Shown: positions 1-9,764 of the stretch, piece after piece
Layout of the letters: each line of letters begins with the position of its first letter
How positions within the stretch are numbered: position 1 is the first letter of the stretch
DNA from: Myxococcota bacterium
Lineage (GTDB): Bacteria > Myxococcota_A > Polyangia > Polyangiales > Sandaracinaceae
Reading direction: 5' to 3'
NCBI GenBank assembly: GCA_036149055.1
Contig: JAYZQJ010000255.1
Coordinates: 1-21,069, forward strand
Length of the DNA stretch: 21,069 bases
The notes under the pieces: model-generated
Databases searched by the model: none
What the model was told of the DNA's origin: nothing
The model's input: the letters and a program-made list of their open reading frames with translations, nothing else
Position numbers and translations under genes: made by a program

Positions 1-251
1 CCCGCTGCGGGTGCTCCGCACCCTCCGCAGTGACGGGTCAGCCGGCTCCGCGGGGCCCCCCCACCCAATTGCGCGGATTCTCGCTTCGCTCGACTCCGCG
101 GGTCCCGCGCTCCGCGCGTGAGCCACGCGGCTCGCGCTCGCGCTTCGCGCGAGCTGGCCGCCCGCTGCCGCGGGATCGAACGGGCGGGGTGGCACGTGCG
201 GCGACGTCGCTTCGCTCGTCGCCTTCCGTCGTCTCGGGCCCCCACGCGCGC
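1..251. repeat. REP/BIME-like mosaic of GC-rich palindromic units, including one copy (142-238) of a ~100-bp dispersed repeat
   Basis: Hairpin units such as gcggattctcgcttcgctcgactccgc, gctcgcgcttcgcgcgagc, cccgc-tgcc-gcggg and ggcgacg...cgtcgcc. The cgcttcgc motif recurs three times. 142-238 matches the reverse complement of 20973-21069 with 12 mismatches in 97 nt (manual count). Confidence 0.8.
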
Positions 252-261
252 TTCCAGGACG

Positions 262-545
262 ACTGACCCCGGGGGGCGGCTTCTCTCGGAGCGCAACTTC
301 TACTCCGCCAGCCGCGGGAGCGGCGCGGCGCTCATCTCTCGGACCGGCGGAGCGGTCATGTCCCCGGGCACTACCGTTCGGTGGACGACGTGCTGCGCGG
401 CGGGGCCACCCTGAGCACGCCCAACGACCCGGGCGCGGTCTTCACCCCGACCTGCTCCTACACTCTGGACGCCGCGGACTCGGCCCTGGAGGCCGGGGTG
501 CAGGCGGAGGCCGGCTGGTTCGACGAGCCGTTGCCCATGCCGTGA
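262..545 (+). pseudogene. Frameshifted 3' remnant of a gene resembling the C-terminus of a PL1 pectate lyase
   Basis: One frame reads GGRLLSERNFY (271-303). After a frame change near 345-360 it reads PGHYRSVDDVLRGGA...PGAVFTPTCSYTLDAADSALEAGVQAEAG...PMP* (TGA 543-545) with coding-like codon usage. This resembles the PL1 pattern lvEnNyF...vF.P.YsYtld.a..v...V.a.AG. No start codon or N-terminal part is present. Confidence 0.4.
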
Positions 546-572
546 GGCTCGCGCCGCGTCATGCTCGCGGGC

Positions 573-863
573 ATGGAGACCCTGGAGGCGCGCGACGAGC
601 AGGCGGAGCGGGACCTGTCCTCCGAGCTCATCGAGGACGACGCGCCGGAGAAGCGCCGGCGCCGCCGCATCCGCTGCCCCCTCTGCGGCTGGGAGCCCGA
701 CGGCAAGCCGTACTGGGTCTGCGAGCTCTGCCACGCGCAGTTCGACACCTTCGAGACCCACGCGAGCTGCCCCGAGTGCCCCAACCGCTGGACGCACACC
801 CAGTGCATCCGCTGCAACCGCATGTCGCGCCACGACGACTGGTACGAGGACGCCGAGGAGTGA
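573..863 (+). CDS. Small conserved-type hypothetical protein with four CxxC pairs (putative double Zn-ribbon)
   Basis: CPLC, CELC, CPEC and CIRC motifs, a C-terminal HDDWY and strong GC3 bias. ATG 573 is preferred because CATGCT lies 7 nt upstream; 561 is the alternative start. Confidence 0.85.
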   Translation: METLEARDEQAERDLSSELIEDDAPEKRRRRRIRCPLCGWEPDGKPYWVCELCHAQFDTFETHASCPECPNRWTHTQCIRCNRMSRHDDWYEDAEE

Positions 864-951
864 CGGTCTTCCGGTCGAGGCGGCCCGTCTTTCGGACCGC
901 GGATCCGGTTCTCGGCGCGCTCGGGCCCGCCCGCTCGTCCAGGCTCGACCC

Positions 952-2274
952 ATGATCCGCGCGCTCCCGCTCTTCGCCCTGCTGTGCTGCTCCTGCTCGC
1001 TGAGCCACGGCCTCGACGGGCCGGGCGGCGCGCGGGACGCCAGCCTCCCGGGATCGAGCGACGCCGCGCGCCCCGGGGGTGACGCGGGCGACGCCGGGAT
1101 GGACCGCGGCGGACCGGACGCGACGACGCGGCGGGATGGGGGCGGCTCGCGCGTCGAGTGCGTGGACGCGCCGCCGGAGACCCCGGTGGCCGACCGGGTG
1201 GTCCAGGTCGTCGCCGGGGTCCACACCTGCGTGCGCACCGAGTCGGGGCGCGTGACCTGCTGGGGCTACGACGAGCACGGCCAGATGGGGCGCGGGGAGG
1301 CGGGGCCGCCCAGCCCGCCGGTGGTGGTCGAGGGGCTGCCTCCGGCGCGGTCGATCCTCGGCGGCACTCACTTCACCTGCGCGATCGATCTGGAGGGCGC
1401 GCTGCGGTGCTGGGGCTCCAACCGGTACGGGACGCTCGCGATGGACGCGGGGCTGGGCGAGATGGGGGAGGCCCAGCCCATCACCGCCGTCGCGCTCCCC
1501 GGCCCGGTGGCCGACGCGTGCGCGGGGAGCCGCCACGTGTGCGCGCGGCTCGAGGACCGGCGCGTGCTCTGCTGGGGGGACGACGAGTGGGGACAGGTCG
1601 GGGTGCCGCGGCGGCCGATCCCGATCACGACCCCGACCGTGGTGGCGCACGACGTGGACGCGCTCGACTGCGGCGCGTGGGCGAGCTGCGCCCAGCGCGG
1701 CGAGGAGCTCCTGTGCTGGGGCGCGCGGTACACCTTCGTGGACCGGATCCGCCACGAGGTCGACGCCGAGGTGGAGCCGCCGACCCCGCAGCCGGTGCGG
1801 CTCGCCGACGGGGACGGCTTCGCGGTCGGCTACGCGCGCTGCCGTCGGACGGCGGCCGGGGCCGTGGAGTGCTGGGGCTCCGCGCGGGGGCCGCTGGGTC
1901 GGCGCCGGCCCGAGCCTCCGGACCCCGGGTGGGCCGATCCCGAGCCGGTCCGCGCGGTGACCGACGTCGTCGACCTCGACGTGCACAACCACGGCTGCGT
2001 CGCGCTCGCCAGCGGAGAGGTCCGCTGCTGGATGGGCGCGGTCGAGGGCGGCATGACCTTCGGCCAGCTCGGGCACGGCCGCCTGGGGGCGCTGGCGGAG
2101 CCCAGAGTGAGCGCGATCGGCGTGTGCCACGCGCGCCACGTCTCGGTCGGCTTCAACCAGACCTGCTCGTGGACCGACGACGGCGTGGTCGCCTGCTGGG
2201 GCAACAACACGCACGGCGGGATCCGCCTCGGGGAGCGCGACCGCGTGGACCTCCCGATCCGCGTCTGGCCGTGA
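952..2274 (+). CDS. RCC1/BLIP-II repeat beta-propeller protein, probably a lipoprotein
   Basis: Signal peptide with Cys (LLCCSCS), DAG-rich linker and repeated (H)TC/CA-x(5-6)-G-x-V-x-CWG-x3-GQ-x-G motifs (e.g. HTCVRTESGRVTCWGYDEHGQMG, HVCARLEDRRVLCWGDDEWGQVG). Confidence 0.9.
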   Translation: MIRALPLFALLCCSCSLSHGLDGPGGARDASLPGSSDAARPGGDAGDAGMDRGGPDATTRRDGGGSRVECVDAPPETPVADRVVQVVAGVHTCVRTESGRVTCWGYDEHGQMGRGEAGPPSPPVVVEGLPPARSILGGTHFTCAIDLEGALRCWGSNRYGTLAMDAGLGEMGEAQPITAVALPGPVADACAGSRHVCARLEDRRVLCWGDDEWGQVGVPRRPIPITTPTVVAHDVDALDCGAWASCAQRGEELLCWGARYTFVDRIRHEVDAEVEPPTPQPVRLADGDGFAVGYARCRRTAAGAVECWGSARGPLGRRRPEPPDPGWADPEPVRAVTDVVDLDVHNHGCVALASGEVRCWMGAVEGGMTFGQLGHGRLGALAEPRVSAIGVCHARHVSVGFNQTCSWTDDGVVACWGNNTHGGIRLGERDRVDLPIRVWP

Positions 2275-2277
2275 GCG

Positions 2278-3552
2278 TCACCCGAGGGCGTGGAGGAGGC
2301 GCGTCACCCGTTTCCGCTCCAGGCCGGTGACCCGCTCGCGGAGGCGCTCGAGCGCGGGTCGACAGGCGCGGGCCGCCTCGCCGGCCTCCTCCATCGCCGC
2401 GAGCGCGGTCGGGCGAGCCGCGCGATCGTCGAGCGCCCGCTCCAGGGTCGGGCGCGCGGGCGCGAAGTCGATCCGGGCGAGCGCGCTGGCGATCGAGACG
2501 CGGCGCCGCGGGTCCTCCTGGGCCGCGAGCAGCGCGGTCAGCGGGGCGGCGAGCAGCGCGGTCAGCGGGGCGGTCAGCGGGGCGGCCCTCGCGGCGAGGA
2601 GGCGCACCAGCCAGCCGTGCCGAAGCCAGCCCTCCCAGGTCGCGAGCTCCGGTGCGATCCGGTCGCAGAGCCACGCCACCTCCTCGTCGCGCAGGCCGCG
2701 CGCGGCGCCGAGGGCGCGCCAGGCGTCGCCGCCGACGCCGTCGAGGACGCGCGGCAGGAGCCGCGCGCGGTAGGGCTCGCCGGCCGTCCGGAGGGCGGCG
2801 AACGCGCTCGCGGCGTGCGGGGCGGCGCGCTCCCCGACCACGCGCGCGAAGAGCGCCTCGGCGACCCGCGGATCGTCGTACTCCGCCGCCGCCCGGCAGA
2901 CGTCTTCGCCCGCACCGCGCGCCACCCTCGCCGCCAGCGCGTCGAGGTCCTCCGGGGCGAGGGCCGGCCCGATGGCGCGGAAGGCGCGCGCCGCGCTCTT
3001 CAGGTGGACGCGCGGGAGCAGGATCCGCGCGGCCTCCCGGCAGCCCCTGCGCAGCCCCAGCTCCCGGATGGCGTCCTCGCGCTCGCGCTGGTTGCCGGCC
3101 TCGAGCCGCTCGCGCAGCGCTTCGAGCGAGGCGTCGTCGTCTCCGCCGCGCGCGGTCTCCACCAGTCGCCGCAGCGCGTCGGTGACCGCCGCGCGCTCCA
3201 GCGCCCGGAGGCTGGTCTCGCCGAGCGCGTGCAGGTGCTCGGCGGCGAGCTCGTAGAGGAGGCGCTGCGCGAAGGAGCCTCCGCCGTCCGCCACGTGCTC
3301 GGCCAGCGCGGCGACGGCAGACCGACCGACCTGGCGCAGCTTCGACGCCGCGACGTCGGCGATGCGCTCGCTCTCGTGCACGACGTAGTGCGGATACTGG
3401 ATGTCCTGCCACGCGTGCGCTCGCTCGTCGCTCGTCGCCCGGGCCACGAGGGCGAGCACGTCGCCGGTGCACGCCTCGATGGGGAGCCGAGACAGCGCCC
3501 GGTGGACGGCGGCGGCGTCCCCCTCGCGCAGCGCTTCGAGGTCGTCGGTCAT
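2278..3552 (-). CDS. HEAT-repeat-like alpha-helical protein
   Basis: Ala/Leu/Arg-rich helical repeats (EDPRRRVSIASALARIDFAPARPTLERALDD; AALAAMEEAG-like). ATG at 3552 overlaps the upstream stop (ATGA). Confidence 0.7.
   Translation of the reverse strand: MTDDLEALREGDAAAVHRALSRLPIEACTGDVLALVARATSDERAHAWQDIQYPHYVVHESERIADVAASKLRQVGRSAVAALAEHVADGGGSFAQRLLYELAAEHLHALGETSLRALERAAVTDALRRLVETARGGDDDASLEALRERLEAGNQREREDAIRELGLRRGCREAARILLPRVHLKSAARAFRAIGPALAPEDLDALAARVARGAGEDVCRAAAEYDDPRVAEALFARVVGERAAPHAASAFAALRTAGEPYRARLLPRVLDGVGGDAWRALGAARGLRDEEVAWLCDRIAPELATWEGWLRHGWLVRLLAARAAPLTAPLTALLAAPLTALLAAQEDPRRRVSIASALARIDFAPARPTLERALDDRAARPTALAAMEEAGEAARACRPALERLRERVTGLERKRVTRLLHALG
2525..2584. repeat. 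In-frame short tandem duplications (24-bp unit x2 plus an extra 12-bp unit)
   Basis: gcgagcagcgcggtcagcggggcg occurs twice, followed by gtcagcggggcg. It encodes AAPLTAPLTALLAAPLTALLAA on the minus strand. Confidence 0.75.
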
Positions 3553-4070
3553 CGCCGCCACCGCTCGGAGCCCACCATCACCCGACGCTCGCCGTCGTCG
3601 CGGCGACCACGGATCAGGTAGACGGCGTGCTCCGTGCGCATCTCCACCGGGCGCCCCTCGGCCGCGCCCTCTTCGAGGGCCCACCGGAAGAGGTCTTCAC
3701 AGGCCGCGGTCCACGCCAGCTCGCTCCAGCCCGGCGGTCGCTCGCCGGGGAGCCGGAACCAGTCCACCGAGACGAGCCCCTCGAGCAGGCGCGCCGGCGC
3801 GGGCGTCTCCATCTCTTCGGCGCGCTCCTCCGAGCCGTAGTACGTCCACAGGCGCTGCGCGGCCTCGAGCCACCCGGCGAGCCGCGGATGGCCGGCCGCG
3901 CCGTCCCTCAGCGCCGCCGACGGCGCGCGCGCGAACAGCCCCTCCGCCTCGAGGTCGAGCAGGAGCCCCCGCCGGCGCGCGCTGCGGGTCGCCGCGTCGA
4001 GGCCGGGCTCGTCGAGCCGCGCCGCCTCGCGCTCGAGCGGCTGCAGGGGGTCGTACGCGTCGCTCCGCAC
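3549..4070 (-). CDS. Hypothetical protein, translationally coupled to the HEAT-like gene
   Basis: Coding-like composition and ATGA overlap with the downstream gene. GTG 4070 is chosen because TATCCT lies 6 nt upstream; the ORF track start is 4106. Confidence 0.7.
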   Translation of the reverse strand: MRSDAYDPLQPLEREAARLDEPGLDAATRSARRRGLLLDLEAEGLFARAPSAALRDGAAGHPRLAGWLEAAQRLWTYYGSEERAEEMETPAPARLLEGLVSVDWFRLPGERPPGWSELAWTAACEDLFRWALEEGAAEGRPVEMRTEHAVYLIRGRRDDGERRVMVGSERWRR

Positions 4071-4191
4071 GCGGAGAGGATAGAACGGCGACGCGCGCAG
4101 GCGCACAGGTCGCCGATCCGCCCGTGACCGGATGCCACGGGAAAAACGCCCATCTTGCGACGATGGCGGCGGATGGTCACCGTCAGTCTAC

Positions 4192-4659
4192 ATGACGCCC
4201 ATCACCGCGCCGGTCACCGCCCTCCTCCTCGCCCTCGGCCTGGGAGCCCCGTCCACGGCCCCCGTCGACGTTCGCCCCGTCGAGGCGATCTCGCTGCCCA
4301 GCGTGATGGAGGTGCCAGGCACCTGCCTCGACGTCGACGAGCGCGACGGCCAGGTGTCGCTGACGTTCAGCACCATCGCGCGGGACCGCGTCGGCGAGCT
4401 CCGCGAGGCCACCGACGGCCTCGCCCGCCTCTACGACGGCAGCCTCCGGAACGCGCGCTACGGCCGCCACGCCCCGGACGCGCTCAAGAGCCCCGGTGAG
4501 ATGGGCCTCCCGCCGGTCGCGGCCCACGTCGAGTCGGTGCGCGGCGGCGCGCGCCTCGTGGTCACCGCGGCCGACGCCCGCGACGCCGAGCGCGTGCGCG
4601 ACACGCTGCTCCGTCAGGCCCGAGCGATGCAGCGAGGTCACAGCCCGATGGTTCGCTGA
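4192..4659 (+). CDS. Secreted hypothetical protein with two similar small alpha/beta modules
   Basis: Signal-like N-terminus (MTPITAPVTALLLALGLG). Two similar segments: VDERDGQVSLTFSTIARDRVGELRE and VESVRGGARLVVTAADARDAERVRD. Confidence 0.7.
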   Translation: MTPITAPVTALLLALGLGAPSTAPVDVRPVEAISLPSVMEVPGTCLDVDERDGQVSLTFSTIARDRVGELREATDGLARLYDGSLRNARYGRHAPDALKSPGEMGLPPVAAHVESVRGGARLVVTAADARDAERVRDTLLRQARAMQRGHSPMVR

Positions 4660-4660
4660 C

Positions 4661-4674
4661 CGGCCGCAAGGCCG
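4661..4674. terminator. Short hairpin with GCAA tetraloop between convergent genes (possible terminator or 3' stabiliser)
   Basis: cggcc-gcaa-ggccg directly after the stop at 4659; no U-tract. Confidence 0.3.
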
Positions 4675-4734
4675 GTCCCCGTGCCCCTGCCCGTGCCCGC
4701 GAATCGAAATCTCCGAGACTCGCCAACGCGCAGG

Positions 4735-5721
4735 TCACCCCGACACGCCCTCCACGAGCTCCCCCACCACCCCGCCGTTCCCGAGCGCCACGAACCTCTC
4801 CCCCGCGCGCCGGATGGGCCCGAACCCGTACGGCGCCGTCGCGACCTCCTCACCATCGGCGAGCCGAAAGGCGCGCTGCCCGCGAGGATGTCGCGCCCAC
4901 ACGAGGCCGCCGTCGACGTGCAGCGCCGAGACGTCGTCCGCGGCCGCGCGCCACGCGACCGACCCGTCGGCCGCGTCGAGGGCGGTCGGCGCGTCGTCCA
5001 CCACGCCGACGCACCGGCCCTCCGCGGCCGCGAGCGGCAGGGCCGCGCCGTCCACGCTCCAGCGCGTCCGCCAGGCCTCGTCGAGGGCCAGGAGAGAGCC
5101 GGCGCGGGTGGTGACGAAGAGCGCCCCGTCGGCGGCCGCGACCCGCTGCGCGAGCCCGACGTCGAGCGGCTCGGCGTCTCCTCTCGCGCCCAGGTGGTAG
5201 GCGCCCCAGCGCGGCTCCGGCGCGTGTGGGTTGGCCACCGCCACCCGGCCCGCGTGCGGCGCGAGCCAGAGCGCGCCGCGCTCGAGCCCCAGGGTCTCGC
5301 CGTCGCCGCGCTCGGTCGGCGCCAGGAGGCGCAGGATCGCGGGGCCGAGCTTCGGGCGCACCATCGGGATCCACGCCTCGCCCTCGGCCACGCAGGCCCC
5401 GGCGAGGGTCGTGATGCCCGGCAGGTCGACGCGCCACCGCTCCTCGCCGTCGGCGCCGATCGCGGCCAACGTGCTCAGTTTCTGCGGCCGCCGCATCAGG
5501 TCGCAGATCACCACGTCTCCCACCCCGAGCGCGCCTCCGCTCGCGCGCTCCCCGAGCGGCCGATCGAAGCGGACGCTCCCGTCCTCGACGTCGACGCCGA
5601 GCACCCGCGCCCCGCACCGCGCCAGCCCGAGCCCGTCGACGACGTGCACCGGCGACGAGGCGGTGAAGAACCCACCGGCCTCGGCCCGCCAGGTCGGGGT
5701 CTCGAACAGGACGCGCGTCAT
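4735..5721 (-). CDS. PQQ-like (BamB-type) beta-propeller repeat protein
   Basis: Repeats such as LGVDVEDGSVRF, AIGADGEERWRV, ALDAADGSVAWR and AFRLADGEEV. No signal peptide is apparent. Confidence 0.8.
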   Translation of the reverse strand: MTRVLFETPTWRAEAGGFFTASSPVHVVDGLGLARCGARVLGVDVEDGSVRFDRPLGERASGGALGVGDVVICDLMRRPQKLSTLAAIGADGEERWRVDLPGITTLAGACVAEGEAWIPMVRPKLGPAILRLLAPTERGDGETLGLERGALWLAPHAGRVAVANPHAPEPRWGAYHLGARGDAEPLDVGLAQRVAAADGALFVTTRAGSLLALDEAWRTRWSVDGAALPLAAAEGRCVGVVDDAPTALDAADGSVAWRAAADDVSALHVDGGLVWARHPRGQRAFRLADGEEVATAPYGFGPIRRAGERFVALGNGGVVGELVEGVSG

Positions 5722-5777
5722 GCCGACATCCTACCCCCGGGTTGCTGTCTGCCGCGTCGAGGTGGTAGCGACGCCGC

Positions 5778-6620
5778 ATGAGACGGATGGCGTTGGTGAT
5801 CGCGCTGGTCGGTTGCGGGGTCGGCTGCGGGGGCGCGCCGCCTCCGGAGGCCGCCCCGGCGCCGCCCGTGACCTCCCTGCACGTCGAGGGCGAGGTCGCT
5901 CACCCGGCGCCGCTCGACGCGATGTCGCCCGCGCTGCGCGCGCTCCACGGCCAGTTCGAGGCGGCGATCGAGGCCGAGATCTCGCCCCCCGACGACCGGT
6001 CGATGCGCTCGCTGCAGGGCTGGATGGAGGCGTCGCTCGGCCCGTTCGTGCGCGCGCACATCGAGCGCCTCGCGCAGCTGGAGCGGGACGCGGCCGCGCT
6101 CCTCCAGCCGACGGTCTCGCCCGCCGACCGCGCGCTCGCCGCGATCCTCGTCGGGCGCGCCTTCGAGCGCTTCGTCGAGCTGCTCGCGGGCATCCCGCTC
6201 CCGGACGAGCTGGAGGGGAACGCCGAAGCCGAGAACGCGTGGCGGCGCGCGCTCATGGGCCCCGCGGTCGGCCTGGCCGGGCGCGCGTCGGCCGCCTACG
6301 GCTACTGCGCCGAGCACGCGACCGAGGAGACGGCGGCGTGGCGCGAGCGCTGCCAGAGCCGGGCGCGCGTCCTCGCCGAGCTCGCGCCACCCGAGCCGCT
6401 CCCGGCCTCGCCCTCGGACACGACCGGCGACGACGGCGAGGCGCCGTTCGGGGTGATCGGCGTGCTGCGGAGCGACGACGACGACGGGCACGTCGGGATC
6501 TACGCCCGTTCGTGCGAGACCGACGCCGACTGCGCGGACGGAGCGCGCTGCGAGGCGCTGCCGGCGCGCGAGGACGACGCCGAGCCGACGCGGATCTGCG
6601 TCACCGAAGAGACGCCGTGA
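5778..6620 (+). CDS. Putative lipoprotein with a C-terminal Cys-rich module
   Basis: MRRMALVIALVGC lipobox-like signal, Pro-rich linker, helical core, and C-terminal SCETDADCADGARC...C. Confidence 0.75.
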   Translation: MRRMALVIALVGCGVGCGGAPPPEAAPAPPVTSLHVEGEVAHPAPLDAMSPALRALHGQFEAAIEAEISPPDDRSMRSLQGWMEASLGPFVRAHIERLAQLERDAAALLQPTVSPADRALAAILVGRAFERFVELLAGIPLPDELEGNAEAENAWRRALMGPAVGLAGRASAAYGYCAEHATEETAAWRERCQSRARVLAELAPPEPLPASPSDTTGDDGEAPFGVIGVLRSDDDDGHVGIYARSCETDADCADGARCEALPAREDDAEPTRICVTEETP

Positions 6621-6624
6621 GCGC

Positions 6625-7362
6625 CTACAAGATGCGATAGCGGCGTGGGCCGTGATCGAAGTGGAAGTGGTTCCGGTGCCGCGGGTGGGCGGGGCCGAGC
6701 ATGCCGCGGAAGACGTCCTCCTCGGCGAGGCGGCGGGTGAGCTCGCGGAGGAAGCGGGACTTCAGCACGTCCGACTCGTCCTTGGTCTCGTCCTCGGCCG
6801 CGCCCCAGTGATCGAGCACGCTCACCGTGGTCCGCCACCAGAGCCGACGCGGGAGATCCTCGCGGGCTTCGCGCGGGGCCGGGCCGAAGCGGAAGCCGGA
6901 GACGTCGATGCCGTTGCCGAGCCCGTGCTCGCTCATCCGATAGGGCCGGCCGCGCACCCGGCGGCAGTTGAAGGCGCCGAAGTGGCGCACGCTCTCCGGC
7001 GGCCGCCGCATGATCTCCTCGCCGACCTCGGCCGCGATCCGCTCGAAGCGCTCGAGCTTCTCCTGGAAGGGGGGCGCGACACGAACGCCCCGCCCGTACG
7101 AGATCTCCCCGCCACGGTAGCGGACCAGCTCGATGTCCGGGCACTCGAGCGGGCCCTCCTCGGGGACGGAGCGGCTGTGCGTGTCGAGCGGATAGGCGGG
7201 CTCCCGCCACCCGCGCCCCGGCCACGCGCGCTCGGGGGCGGGCGCGGCCTCGGGGGCCTCCCGCCGGGATCCGCGGAGCGGCCAGGGCTCGCAGCCGGCG
7301 GCGACGAGGGCGATCAGGGAGGCGATCCAGAGGCAGCGCACGCGCGGGGAGCGCTGCAGCAT
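6625..7362 (-). CDS. Extensin-like C-terminal family lipoprotein (LAS/M15-like Zn peptidase fold)
   Basis: Family motifs GAFNCRRV, SEHGLGNGIDVSGF and LGP...HRNHFHFD, plus an N-terminal LVAAGC lipobox. The start could be GTG 7341. Confidence 0.85.
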   Translation of the reverse strand: MLQRSPRVRCLWIASLIALVAAGCEPWPLRGSRREAPEAAPAPERAWPGRGWREPAYPLDTHSRSVPEEGPLECPDIELVRYRGGEISYGRGVRVAPPFQEKLERFERIAAEVGEEIMRRPPESVRHFGAFNCRRVRGRPYRMSEHGLGNGIDVSGFRFGPAPREAREDLPRRLWWRTTVSVLDHWGAAEDETKDESDVLKSRFLRELTRRLAEEDVFRGMLGPAHPRHRNHFHFDHGPRRYRIL

Positions 7363-7382
7363 CTATACCGCGTCGACCGCGG

Positions 7383-8357
7383 TCAGCCTTCGGCGCGGTG
7401 CTGCGCCGGGGTCCGGCCGGTCCAGGCGCGGAAGGCGCGCTCGAAGCTCGCGCGGTTGGCGTAGCCGAGCTGGGCGGCGATCGCCTCGATGGTGAGCTTC
7501 GGGTCGCCGAGCAGGGCCTCGGCGTGCTCTCGCAGCGCGCCCTTGCGCACCTCACCGAAGGAGCGGCCCGCGTCCCTGAGCCGGCGCTGCAGGCTGCGGC
7601 CGCTCGTGCCGAGCTCGGCGGCGACGTTCACCAGGGAGGCGGCGCGCCCGGCGCGGAGCAGCCGACCGACCGCGAGCCGCGCGTCGCGCTCGAGCGGCGC
7701 CACCCCGCGCTCCCCGAGCAGCTGGTCGGCGTGGCGGAGGAGGTGGGCGGCCAGCGATGGATCGGCGCCCCGGAGCGGCAGCGCCAGCGCCTCGGGCTCG
7801 AGCGTCACCGTGTTGCGGGCCGCGTCCCAGCGCGGGGTGACGCCGTAGAAGCGCTCGTAGGGCGCGCGGTCGACGGGCGTGGGCAGCGAGTAGGTCACCC
7901 CGGCGGGGCGCACGCGCTGCCCGGTGTGCTCGCGGGCGAGGCTGACGAGCCCGGCGAAGATGACGTCGACGCCGTGGATGAGCGCCGGGCCGGTGTCGCG
8001 CGGGCTCACGTAGACGACCGAGGTGTCCTCGAGCGTCATGCGCGCGCCCTCGAACGCGAGCGAGAAGATGCGGCAGAGGCCGTCGATCGCCGAGCGCAGG
8101 TCGGCCGCGTTCGCGAACACCGGGCCGAGCACGCCGAGCTGGTCCGCCTTCAGCGCCGCGCCGACGTGCAGGCCCACCGCGGGGTCGCCGGTCAGCGTCT
8201 CCGCCGCCTTCCAGAGCCGCATGCCCTGCTCGTAGTCGAGCACCGGGGAGGTGCGGATCACGTCCTCGCTGATCCTCGCGGCGGTCGACAGCTCGCGCAG
8301 CGAGATGCCCTGGTGCTCCAGTGCTCGCAGGAACGTCGGGATGCCTCGCCCGGCCAC
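7383..8357 (-). CDS. AraC-family transcriptional regulator (Arabinose_bd_2/OruR-like N-terminal domain)
   Basis: N-terminal LWKAAETLTGDPAVGLHVG and C-terminal HTH pair VAAELGTSGRSLQRRL...IAAQLGYANRASFERAFRAWTGRTP. The true start is likely GTG 8357; the 9032 extension overlaps the divergent gene. Confidence 0.9.
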   Translation of the reverse strand: MAGRGIPTFLRALEHQGISLRELSTAARISEDVIRTSPVLDYEQGMRLWKAAETLTGDPAVGLHVGAALKADQLGVLGPVFANAADLRSAIDGLCRIFSLAFEGARMTLEDTSVVYVSPRDTGPALIHGVDVIFAGLVSLAREHTGQRVRPAGVTYSLPTPVDRAPYERFYGVTPRWDAARNTVTLEPEALALPLRGADPSLAAHLLRHADQLLGERGVAPLERDARLAVGRLLRAGRAASLVNVAAELGTSGRSLQRRLRDAGRSFGEVRKGALREHAEALLGDPKLTIEAIAAQLGYANRASFERAFRAWTGRTPAQHRAEG

Positions 8358-8393
8358 GTGCCCGGAGTCTAACCGCGGTATGCTCGCCGCGTC
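8358..8393. promoter_or_regulatory. 36-bp divergent promoter region with back-to-back -10-like hexamers
   Basis: TAGACT on the minus strand (8366-8371) and TATGCT on the plus strand (8379-8384), around the palindrome accgcggt. Confidence 0.55.
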
Positions 8394-9758
<1,365 letters not shown>

Positions 9759-9764
9759 AGGCGA

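Noticed and set aside
190..206. Sigma-54 promoter at TGGCAC
   Set aside because: The TTGC -12 element is missing at the required spacing, and the site lies within the repeat.
30..414. ORFs 30-266 and 118-414, and similar peptides at 20604-21022
   Set aside because: They are largely translations of the non-coding repeat (shared RAATSLRSSP or LAARCRGI peptides), not genes.
267..470. Possible ncRNA (6S, SRP or riboswitch)
   Set aside because: No diagnostic motif is recognisable, and the codon-like periodicity favours a gene remnant.
4676..4700. Imperfect cccgtg hexamer run (ccccgtgcccctgcccgtgcccg)
   Set aside because: Too short and low in complexity to call an element without a genome-wide count.
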